From positions 53,754 to 73,753 of the forward strand of contig CAJNYD010000357.1 in NCBI GenBank assembly GCA_905331295.1: a DNA stretch of 20,000 nt, read 5' to 3'. Of the stretch, positions 10,956 through 20,000 are shown one piece after another. The translations under genes were made by a program, and so were the position numbers. Source of the stretch: Rotaria socialis (Eukaryota). Below the pieces are notes generated by a model. It searched no databases. It saw only the letters and a list, made by a program, of their open reading frames with translations, and had not been told where the DNA came from. The first letter of the stretch is position 1. Each line of letters opens with the position of its first letter.

Positions 10956-11828
10956 CTGTTGCTGTTAAAAAGATCACAAATAACAAATGCTTTGCTTCAT
11001 CGATCTAAAAAGATGTCTTTATGAGGACTTTTGATTATATATTACTTCAAAAAAAAACACGTGCGACCTGTTACTTGCCGGATGAAATACTAAGAAAAAC
11101 ATGCTTGATTATGCATTCATGCATAGAAACATTTGATGCGTCACTTATCATCGTTTTCATCTTTAAAAACGAAAGGAAGGAAAATTTGTGTGCATCCAGT
11201 ATTCGCTTTAACCTTTTTTATATAACCATTTGTTCTTTTTTTTTCTTTTAAAGGCGATGATAAAGATAAATGAAGTTATATTAAAGCATTAAAATGTACA
11301 TTAAATAAAAATAATATCTATACACAGATGTTTAAAAACGATTTCTTGTCTTTGCATAGAATAAAAAACATTCACAACAAATAAAAAATGAGAAAAAAAA
11401 CGACAGAAAGAAAGAATGTATTTCAACATGAACCAAAGTAAATATATATGTGAATACGCCACATTTCGTGCTGCAGTTAGACCATAGAAATAATTTCATT
11501 GATATATTTATGATTTAAATGGGTGAATATGGATTTAAGGACATATAACGAATTCATTTAATATCATTCCATCTTACTAAATGTAAGGATTTTTATAACT
11601 TTTGTGATATCAATAGTTGGTCATCGATGCTACATGGTCTTGTTTTGAATTGTAATTGACGTCGCATAAATGAAACTCTAGTTCATGATTGATATACATT
11701 CATTCATTATTACAAAAACTAAAAGCAACTCATTTCAATAAAATGAGAAAAGTTACAATATAAAAAGGAAAAAATATAATAAAAAACTACGATATGATTA
11801 ATTGAAATTAGTTTGAAGATTATCAGTC

Positions 11829-14800
11829 TTATAATTCTTGAATTCTTTCGATAAATTGTCTTCGATTTGTATCGTTACATTCACTAATTGCATCTTGATA
11901 AAATGACAGTGTTTTATCATGTACTTCTTTATTCTTTTTAATAGTTTCCATTTTATCCTTAACGAGTGAATTTTCTATTTCTCTTCTCTGTGTATCTAAT
12001 TCTGAATAGGTTGTATTTTTTGTTGCAGAGTTTAAGTGTTCTAAACACAAAACTAACTCATAACTACCACGCTCATCTTTCCTTGCTGTTCTTCCTTTTA
12101 TTTGAGTTTCTTCTTTAACGTCCATTGAAAAAAATGTTTGAATAACATGCATACCACCTTTATCATTGACTTTTGCTTCTGCTTGAAAATCAACACCTCT
12201 TCCGAACTCTTTTGTTAAAAGAGTAACATGTCTATGATGTCCAGCAAATTCATCTTTAATTAACTTCTCTACATCATCATCACTGTATAGTTTTATTTTT
12301 TTGTCAATAATTATCTTAGTTTTTGTAATACAATAAGGAATAACTCCTAAATCTCCTGAATAAGATGCATCGAATTCATCTAATAATTCTTCAGTATCAA
12401 AAAATATTAAAACAGCTCGATCATTTTGAACTTTACCTCGACTTTTCGTAACAATTGTATTAAACCAATCTTTTTTTGTTACTTCAATAGCAAAATCATG
12501 ATGAATATCAAATTCTAATCTTGAATCACCAAAAAATGATGGATAATAAGATTTTTGATTAATTTTATAATGTTTTAATAAAGAATCTTCACCAGTTGAT
12601 AAGTCTTTTAATGTTCCACTAACACCAAATATTCCATTATACGAATTAGGTAATTCTGAATATGAAATCTTTCCACAGTCAAATAATAAATATCCAAAAT
12701 TTTCTTCCTTTAATTCAACTTGATTAAAACTACTCTGCTTTTCATACATAAAATTTAAATAATAGAAACTATTCTCATAGCCATAGAATATCTTTTTAGA
12801 AAATCGACCATCGCGGTTTTTGCTATGTATAATTCCATCAATAATTTGATATTTATGTCGAAGATTATTTTCTTTTTCAATATCATTATCAACTCGTAAA
12901 GCTGTACTTATCATTTTATCTAAATGTCCCTCAATGATATTGAATTTAATTAAATGTGATAAAAATTCACTTTGACTACTCGATTTTTCTATAAGACTAT
13001 TAGCTAAGCTCTTTAAATGGCTTTTATCACGAAAACCATTTCTTATATTTTCCCAAATAGATTTTTGCATTTCACCTATGTATTTATCACAGATATGAGT
13101 TAGTGGATAATATAAAATACCAAATCCATCGGAACAAAATACGTCAACTTCATCGATTAAAAGTATCGATGGTTTATTTTGATTTATTTGATTCGATTGA
13201 GGAGTAAGACGTTTTCCTGACATAATATTTGAAATAATGTCTCTCAAACTTGGTCTATTATTTTCACCTGTTATCTTATCATCACACATTTTTTCAAATG
13301 TTCTATATTTAACTTCATTTGTTAACTTAAACGGATCGAAATTAGTTTTAAAATCTCTTTGATCTCGCTTAGATAAATAGTCACTATAACAAGCGACTGT
13401 AACTTGATAACCCATTAGACTGAAATATCCAGCTAAAAGAGCTAATGCCCAAGATTTTCCTTGTCCTGTTAGAATTTCTGCAAGATGATTAGGTGGAATG
13501 TTATTATTACTACCATTAAAATCTAATAATAAGAAAACTCCAAGAATTTGAATACAATGTGGTTTCAATAGATAATTTTGATTATATTTTTGTTTTAAAA
13601 CATATTTTCCTTGAGAATTTATTTCAATAAAGTTCGAAACTTTAAAAGAAAGTATAACAGATAACCCTGCAATAATCTCTGGGATTTTTTCTCTCTTAAA
13701 TTTCGATGAATTCGCAATTTTTTTTGTGCCTGCAATTACATTTTCAATAAAGGTTGTTTTAATTATATCATTAAAATAGTCTTTAAACTGTTTTTCATAA
13801 TCAGAAAATGCTTTCGTTAAACTTTTTGGATTAGATAGATTTTCATTCGTCTCTTGAAATAGATTTAAAGCTTTTTCAAATGTTATTTCTTTTAATTTTC
13901 TATTATATAAAAAGTATAAATCAATTTTTTCAAGTTTCTCACAAAATACTTCATAAGATTCATTTTTAACCGTTAAATCTTCAAATGGCAAAACACAATC
14001 TCTCTTAAATTGTTCTAAACTATTGTATATTAATTGATCGTTAAAATATTTCAATGATTTTCCTATCGCCATTAATAATGCGCCTTTGAATTTAATACTC
14101 GTAATTAGATTTTCTTCAGGAGATTTGCTTTTATCATTAATAAGTTGTACTAAATCATGAATAGCATCTAAAAGATAATGCGGACATGGGTCGGTGACTA
14201 TTCTTTTTGCACTTTCGATATCTAATACTTGATAAAAATTGTTATTTTGAATTTTCCTGAATAAATTATTATCTATCAATTGAATTCTACTTTTTTCGAC
14301 ATACCAAGTTAAGTCTACAGCACTTAAACAATGTAGAAAATTATTCATCTGTTGTAAAGCGGATAATTTGCTTTCTAGTTCATTTAATTTGTATTTTTTT
14401 CTGTGTTGAATTGAACTTGATAAAGAACTTAGATCGATATTAAGTTCTACTGCATAATCAAGCGGACTTTTCTCATCGTTATCTCCTATATATATACTAG
14501 CCCCTTTTTCTAATAGATATGAAATAAGTTTAAGTCTAACATTTTCATCACGAAGTACTGCCAAATGTAAAGCGGTTTTACCAGATATACGGCCTCTTGC
14601 ATCAACATTAGCGCCTGAGTCTAATAACTCTTTTACTCTAGCTATATCACCGCTATAAGCTGCATCTTGCAAAGAATCTTCTAAATCAGATTCTAAATCT
14701 ATTTTAGGAGATTGAGGACTTTCATTCGCTTCTTCTATGATGATATTTTTAAAAATATCTTTTATTAACGATAAAATCGTTGAGGTAGTTTGATTAAATG

Positions 14801-17183
14801 AACTATGAGATTCAAAATGAGTTAAAAATTTTTCACTTACATAATTAAATGCAACGTTAAAATTAAGAAAATGATCAATAACGTCTTTTGTATTTTGTGT
14901 ATGTTCGATAAATACTTTTATTGATTGTAATTGAATATCGATTAAGTCACTAATGTGAGACGTTCTACCTTCGGATATTTGTAATAAATAATCAATGACT
15001 TTGATAAATTCTTTCATTTTAATTTGAAAATTAGAAGTCTTATCTCTTAAAATATTACTCTGGAAATAAATGATTAATTTTTCTAATGTATCAGGAAATT
15101 CATTTGAATTCATATTGAAGAATTCTTTTATTTTATCTTTTGTTTTTTTTAGAATTTTAATTAATAATTTATCTCCTAATTCTTTCGTGGAAATATCTGA
15201 ACGAATGTCTTCATTCAAATATTTTTTCCATTGATTTGCTGAAAAATTTTCCCATGGTGTTAAATTCTTCACTGAAAATTCCATAGCTTCATAAATGATC
15301 AATTCAATATCCTTTTTCACATTGTTTTCTTCTATTTTCATTTCTTCTTTTACTCTAAATAGAGCTTCTTCTTTTATTAACAACGTATATGGCACTGTTG
15401 AATATATTTTTTCATTAATTTTTTCTCCATTTTTCTTTACTATAAAAATCCAAGACTCATTTGTTTTTAAGCGTTGGATTTCACTACTTCCTAGGTCATT
15501 AAAAACCTGTAGATAATGATCGCTTAAACTATTATGTTTATAATATAAAATTCCAATTACGATAATATCCTGATGATTAGCTTCCCTTTCAATTAAATTT
15601 ATTAGATCTTCTAATCGATTATTTTCTATATTTAAAGGAATCAATTCTACTGATTTAAATTTACCATCTCTTCCATCAAGAAGAATTCTAAAAATATTTT
15701 CACTAAAATCTACGTCTGTTTGATTTAAAATAGGTTTTTTATCAACGAGTATCTGAAAATTCGAACTTCTCCATAAATCTGTCAAATGCTTTATTTCAAT
15801 GTTAAATTCACGTCGATCTATGAAAGGAAGTTCTAATAAATTCGAATAACAATCAGTAAAGAAATTGCATTTCTTATCGACTTCATAGTCTGATTTATAA
15901 GTTGCTGTGCCTTCTCTAAATTTTCTGAAATATTCTTTCCATGTAGTTTTTATCAATTGTGTATGAATTTTCATAAAATATGCTCGGCAATGCTCATGAG
16001 AACAAACTTGCTTTAATCTTTCATCCGCGAAACTAATCATCTTTTGAATAAGATTAACTATTAATGGATTTATGCCAAGTACATCTTTTAATTCTGAAAT
16101 TTTTGTTTTCTTTGCAAAATTATTTAAATCATCTTCGAAAATTTCTTTTGCTAAAATCGTATTAAATCTATTATCATGAGGAATCCATGCTAATCTTTTC
16201 GCATAAGTTTTTAATCCCGTTGCACAAAACAGTTTTAAAGAATCACTATAAGATTTTCTTGAGGGTAATGTGGTATATTTTCTTAAATTATCATAACATG
16301 TATCTAATCTTTGTAATAAATCAGCTGCTAATTTTAATTCTTTTGGTAATCCAGGATGTTCAGAAATTTGTTTAAGTAAAGTACTTCCTATAAGACGTTT
16401 CTCAAATAATGAAATTAATATTTGAAAATCTTCTCTTTTTTTATCTAAATTATCAATATTCGATGAAATAATTGAATCTAAACTATGTTGAAATACTTGA
16501 TATTGATGTGCATAGTACTGTTCAATACCATTAGCAAAGACTATTCGTGTTATTCCATTTCCCCACATTGCTATTAAACTAAGAGTACCATTTTCTATTC
16601 CTGGTCTATTGAGTGGTGGAAGACCTTCTATTTCTACAGATAAACTTCCAAGACCATGAAATTTTCCATTTTCAATCTTTCCTTCATATACATAATCATT
16701 CTCTAATTTTACTTTTCCAAAGCCCTCCTTTAATATTTGATTTTCGAAAAAACCGTGATAAATACTCGAACCATAGTTTTCAAAACGATACCCATATCCA
16801 TGAGTTTTATCATTTTTCCAAACACCTGAATAGTATTCCTTTCCATCATTAGTATTATAGGTACCTAAGCCTTCACGTAATAGTTTATCATTAACGATGC
16901 CATCGTAAAGTCCATCTTCTATTGGTAGAAGATGTTGATAGAATTTATCTTCCTTTCTTTTTACTTTGGAAATTTCAGGTAATTCAATTACATCAGCTAT
17001 GTCATTTAGATCTGCTTGACTACTATTTCCACGATTATCACGAGGATAAATCTTTATAGAACTTAAAGATCCAAGAGAAAAATTCTTTTCCTTTCGTTCA
17101 CTGTCAGTATTTGTCGTAGTCGTACGGGAAGTAGTTAATTTATGTCTGTTATTATAATCTCTTTTACTTGTTGGGCGCGTCAT
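11829..17183 (-). CDS. 1784-aa multidomain protein: MORN repeats, ILEI/PANDER (GG-type) domain, ankyrin repeats and a C-terminal SecA-like DEAD/SF2 ATPase
   Basis: Uninterrupted 5355-bp ORF. MORN-type YxGxWxNxxxHGxG repeats at ~aa 91-181. ILEI-like segment ending LGSSEIQRLKTNESWIFIVKKNG at ~aa 475-588. Ankyrin motifs (LQDAAYSGD..LLDSGANVDA, GKTALHLAV, SPLDYA) at ~aa 838-913. ATPase motifs: Walker A EILTGQGKS, YLSKRD, Walker B LLIDEVD, GVSGT, FGRGVDF, GGMHVIQT, QIKGRTAR. Confidence 0.92.
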   Translation of the reverse strand: MTRPTSKRDYNNRHKLTTSRTTTTNTDSERKEKNFSLGSLSSIKIYPRDNRGNSSQADLNDIADVIELPEISKVKRKEDKFYQHLLPIEDGLYDGIVNDKLLREGLGTYNTNDGKEYYSGVWKNDKTHGYGYRFENYGSSIYHGFFENQILKEGFGKVKLENDYVYEGKIENGKFHGLGSLSVEIEGLPPLNRPGIENGTLSLIAMWGNGITRIVFANGIEQYYAHQYQVFQHSLDSIISSNIDNLDKKREDFQILISLFEKRLIGSTLLKQISEHPGLPKELKLAADLLQRLDTCYDNLRKYTTLPSRKSYSDSLKLFCATGLKTYAKRLAWIPHDNRFNTILAKEIFEDDLNNFAKKTKISELKDVLGINPLIVNLIQKMISFADERLKQVCSHEHCRAYFMKIHTQLIKTTWKEYFRKFREGTATYKSDYEVDKKCNFFTDCYSNLLELPFIDRREFNIEIKHLTDLWRSSNFQILVDKKPILNQTDVDFSENIFRILLDGRDGKFKSVELIPLNIENNRLEDLINLIEREANHQDIIVIGILYYKHNSLSDHYLQVFNDLGSSEIQRLKTNESWIFIVKKNGEKINEKIYSTVPYTLLIKEEALFRVKEEMKIEENNVKKDIELIIYEAMEFSVKNLTPWENFSANQWKKYLNEDIRSDISTKELGDKLLIKILKKTKDKIKEFFNMNSNEFPDTLEKLIIYFQSNILRDKTSNFQIKMKEFIKVIDYLLQISEGRTSHISDLIDIQLQSIKVFIEHTQNTKDVIDHFLNFNVAFNYVSEKFLTHFESHSSFNQTTSTILSLIKDIFKNIIIEEANESPQSPKIDLESDLEDSLQDAAYSGDIARVKELLDSGANVDARGRISGKTALHLAVLRDENVRLKLISYLLEKGASIYIGDNDEKSPLDYAVELNIDLSSLSSSIQHRKKYKLNELESKLSALQQMNNFLHCLSAVDLTWYVEKSRIQLIDNNLFRKIQNNNFYQVLDIESAKRIVTDPCPHYLLDAIHDLVQLINDKSKSPEENLITSIKFKGALLMAIGKSLKYFNDQLIYNSLEQFKRDCVLPFEDLTVKNESYEVFCEKLEKIDLYFLYNRKLKEITFEKALNLFQETNENLSNPKSLTKAFSDYEKQFKDYFNDIIKTTFIENVIAGTKKIANSSKFKREKIPEIIAGLSVILSFKVSNFIEINSQGKYVLKQKYNQNYLLKPHCIQILGVFLLLDFNGSNNNIPPNHLAEILTGQGKSWALALLAGYFSLMGYQVTVACYSDYLSKRDQRDFKTNFDPFKLTNEVKYRTFEKMCDDKITGENNRPSLRDIISNIMSGKRLTPQSNQINQNKPSILLIDEVDVFCSDGFGILYYPLTHICDKYIGEMQKSIWENIRNGFRDKSHLKSLANSLIEKSSSQSEFLSHLIKFNIIEGHLDKMISTALRVDNDIEKENNLRHKYQIIDGIIHSKNRDGRFSKKIFYGYENSFYYLNFMYEKQSSFNQVELKEENFGYLLFDCGKISYSELPNSYNGIFGVSGTLKDLSTGEDSLLKHYKINQKSYYPSFFGDSRLEFDIHHDFAIEVTKKDWFNTIVTKSRGKVQNDRAVLIFFDTEELLDEFDASYSGDLGVIPYCITKTKIIIDKKIKLYSDDDVEKLIKDEFAGHHRHVTLLTKEFGRGVDFQAEAKVNDKGGMHVIQTFFSMDVKEETQIKGRTARKDERGSYELVLCLEHLNSATKNTTYSELDTQRREIENSLVKDKMETIKKNKEVHDKTLSFYQDAISECNDTNRRQFIERIQEL

Positions 17184-17669
17184 AATATTTCGGTATAAAA
17201 ACCTTACCTTGATTTTGTATTAATATGATAATAAAATTCACAATGTGAAACTAACTTTCAAATCCAAAGTTGACAATCAAAATCTAAACAAAAAAAATCT
17301 TTTTCTGTAGCTAGATGTATAGAAATGTACTAAAGCATACAACTTCTAACCAATAAGGTGTATTGACATAAAATTTACCCCAATTTCTGCTCTATAAAAA
17401 TTAATTGCCTTTTCGTCGATGATATTACTTTATTGTAATGCCCACGGAAAAAAAATTCGAAAAAATCGCGGTCAAGCGCGGGATTTTATTGTTATCGCGG
17501 TTCTTCAATGATACACTGCGGTATCCTAGAAAAAACGCGATTAACCGCGGTTTTGTACACCGCGTCTCAAAGAGAACGCGCTTCACCTACATATCACCGC
17601 GGTATTATCAACCTTGGTTAGTCGCGGTTTCATGAAAACGCGTTTATGATGTGCGCCAACCCGGCATTG

Positions 17670-18469
17670 CTCGCGGAGAAAAAAATTATAAAAAACCGCG
17701 GTAATATTTTGATCTCATTTTAAACCGCGGTTATCAGCGTTTTTTCAAGCCGCGTTCAAGACAAACCGCGGTATGCGCACTCATAATCGCGGTTCTGAAT
17801 ATAACGGTTATTAACGGTTTTTTAAACCGCGGTGTACTCGATAATAACCGCGTTTCAGAAAACCGCGGGTAGCACGGCAGGAACCGTGGTGCATACCAAA
17901 GTGCCAAGGAATGTGCAAGGACATTCGAGATGTCGTGTCCCACAAATTCTGGCAAATTTTACTTATGTCACATACATAATATAACAACTCTAGAAAGACA
18001 CTTTGTGGAAATGGCGCTCGGGAGGGTTCACTACACAGCCTCTCGAAGGGCGCCACATCGGAAACCTTCAAGGTCATGGTCGGCATACCTGCTCCTGTTG
18101 AGTCTATTGTATCGAAAAAACCGCGGTTTGAAGCGGTTTTTGGATATAACGGTAGTGAGACCATTAATGCATTTCAAGAAAAAACACCCAACACCGCGGG
18201 AGTCACATCATTTATGCGCTTCAAACATACCGCCTCAAAAACCGCGGTTTTTAAAACGCGGTTTACAACGGTTTCCAAAACCGTGGTATGCGACGGTTTT
18301 CAAAATCGCGAAAGTCAGACCATTTATGCGTATCTGGAACACTGCGGTCCTGAGCGGTGTTAGAGATACGCATAAATGGCCTGATTTTCGCTATTCGAAA
18401 ATACCGGCTGAAACCGTGGTTTTTTTACCGGTAATTACCGCGGTTTTTCGAAAAAATTTTCTCTGTGGG
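17670..18469. mobile_element. Inner 800-bp TIR element with AACCGCGGTT repeats and a 2-bp TG target-site duplication
   Basis: Left end CTCGCGGAGAAAAAAATTATAAAAAACCGCGGTAAT; right end reverse complement CCCACAGAGAAAATTTTTTCGAAAAACCGCGGTAAT. TG lies at 17668-17669 and 18470-18471. Removing the element restores GGCATTGGAAGTC, matching the intact repeat unit at 18588-18600. Confidence 0.85.
18308..18391. repeat. Long imperfect inverted repeat (38-bp arms, 8-nt loop)
   Basis: GCGAAAGTCAGACCATTTATGCGTATCTGGAACACTGC / loop GGTCCTGA / GCGGTGTTAGAGATACGCATAAATGGCCTGATTTTCGC. Confidence 0.85.
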
Positions 18470-19133
18470 TGGAAGTCGCGGTCGGTCGCGTTTTCACCAA
18501 ACACGTTAATCGTGTGCGCCAATACGGTGTTGTTAGGCACGGTTAGTCGCAGTTTCATGAAAACGCGTCTGTGATGTTCACCAACGCGGCATTGGAAGTC
18601 GGGGTCGGTCGCGTTTCACGAAACGCGTTAATCCTGTGTGCCAACGCGGTATTGCAAGTCGCGGTTTCGCGAAACGCGGTGATATTTTTCAAAAAAAAAC
18701 TTTTTCAACAAATAGAAACATCTTAAATTAACAAAAAAGTTATTTTGAAAATAAGTGAAGCTGTATTCTATACAAAGATTCGAAAATGAATACAAATAAT
18801 GTTCACAAAATGATCATTTGTTTGGGTTCACTACATTTTTTTTATTTCTGTATCCTTCACTACTTTATAACTATTTATAGATATCGTCAATTCAATGAAA
18901 ACAACAATAATCCTATGAGAGTAAAAAAATAATCAGCGAAGCTAATGTAGTCACGGAGAAGATACTCCAAGTTAATTGCGAATTGAACAAATGCAATGTC
19001 TTAATTGGATAAGCGTTACTATCTAAAATTAAGGATAATAATCCGGTTCAAATCGACGCCTCTAGCCAGTTTACGCTGTATAATCTACAAGCAACTGACA
19101 TTTTCAGACGTTGCATATATCACATTAGAAGCT

Positions 19134-19222
19134 ATTTAAGAATGTGTAAGAACGAGAAGAATATCGCTGCGCTAAAGAATTTAAGAATGTGTTAGGACGA
19201 AAAGAATATCGTGCGCTACAGA
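19134..19222 (+). repeat. Two-copy ~45-bp tandem duplication
   Basis: ATTTAAGAATGTGT(A/T)AG(A/G)ACGA(G/A)AAGAATATCG(C)TGCGCTA(A/C)AGA occurs twice. Confidence 0.8.
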
Positions 19223-19583
19223 ACGAGCTACATATCATATATATATATATTTTTGTCGTTCGTCACGTGGGTAGTCTTCAACTTAGAGATATAGACGCAA
19301 GATTTTTGGCAAAGCTCCTCGAAAGGCACAGTGATCGGTTTCAGCTGATCACTAATTCTCGACAGTTGGGCGTGTCCTCTTAGAATTGGATGATACTCTC
19401 GGGAAGTAGCGTAGCTCGAGGGACGCCAGAATTGACCCTTTTGTGCGGTTTTTCAAAAATGCGTCCGACCGCGCCACCAGAAAAATCTTTCTTCCGCGTG
19501 TCAACAAAGCCGCGGGAGTCAGACCGTTTAGGCGGTTTTTTAAAACGCGTCGTACCATATCCTCACAAAACCGTGGTTTTGAG

Positions 19584-20000
19584 TAGGGGTGGCACTTTAT
19601 CTTTATTTAACTTTGAAAAGGTGAAGTAAAGTAAAGTAGTGAACTTTACTTTACCTGGTGAAGTAAAGCAGTGAACTTTACTTTATCCGGTGAAGTAAGT
19701 CAACTTTACCCGAAAAGTAAAGTAAAGTAAAATAAAGTGACTTGTATTAAGTTAGGCTTATTGTTCATTTTCTAGGCCAGCATCAAGCTCTGATAACGCT
19801 GCAGCATACAAAAGTGTTCATCTATGAAAAATGTGACCTTTTCATAATTACTGTACTTTATTTTCTACTTTTTTTTATGAATAAATCGTTCCAAAAATAC
19901 TTTCATATGCTGCAGCGTTATTAGTGCATGATACTGGGCTAAAAAATGGGCAACAAACTCAACTTTATTTAATTCACTTTACTTTACTTTACTTTACTTT
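19584..20000. mobile_element. hAT-type foldback MITE, truncated by the window end
   Basis: Begins TAGGGGTGGCACTTTA with AAAGT repeats. Long internal inverted arms: ATAACGCTGCAGCATA (~19793-19808) pairs with TATGCTGCAGCGTTAT (~19906-19921), and AAAGTAAAGT pairs with ACTTTACTTT. The centre is near 19855. Confidence 0.8.

Larger units (their letters stand above)
17441..19583. mobile_element. Outer non-autonomous TIR element with CCGCGG/ACGCG repeats (CCCAC terminus, CMC/EnSpm-like); interrupted by two insertions; right end predicted beyond the window
   Basis: Starts CCCACGGAAAAAAAATTCGAAAAAATCGCGGT. The CpG-rich arm at 17441-17669 resumes at 18470-18690, an AT-rich core follows, and CGCG/ACCGTGG motifs return at ~19440-19583. 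Confidence 0.7.

Noticed and set aside
11829..13600. Calling the large ORF secA or a bacterial contaminant
   Set aside because: It lacks SecA's C-terminal domains, has a ~1200-aa unrelated N-terminus, shows no operon context, and is contiguous with spliced genes and eukaryotic transposons.
15295..16852. Short plus-strand ORFs
   Set aside because: Antisense to the 1784-aa ORF, with F/I/L-biased shadow composition.
17438..18574. ORFs of 65-214 aa in the CCGCGG region
   Set aside because: They arise from GC-rich, stop-poor palindromic repeats and show no recognisable motifs; the longest crosses an insertion junction.
9978..19599. A single hAT element carrying the large gene between the two TIRs
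   Set aside because: The TIRs are in the wrong orientation: the subterminal repeats lie outside the interval, so these are ends of two separate elements.

Overview
AT-rich eukaryotic DNA with GT-AG introns, dense in DNA transposons. Its style suggests an invertebrate such as a bdelloid rotifer, but that is inference only. Main contents: (1) A four-exon hAT transposase (4117-8630, +) with a BED finger, DDE triad, CxxH, RWNS and dimerisation motifs, broken by one in-frame TAA; a hAT-type end lies at 9993. (2) A 1784-aa uninterrupted minus-strand ORF (11829-17183) joining MORN repeats, an ILEI/GG-type domain, ankyrin repeats and a SecA-like SF2 ATPase that lacks SecA's C-terminal translocase domains. 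(3) Several non-autonomous TIR elements with family-specific palindromic subterminal motifs, including a demonstrable nested insertion with a TG target-site duplication and a stack of up to four element ends at 9.9-10.6 kb. (4) A multi-unit heat-shock element plus TATA box with no obvious downstream gene. (5) Remnants of a membrane-protein gene. No rRNA, tRNA or CRISPR array was recognised.
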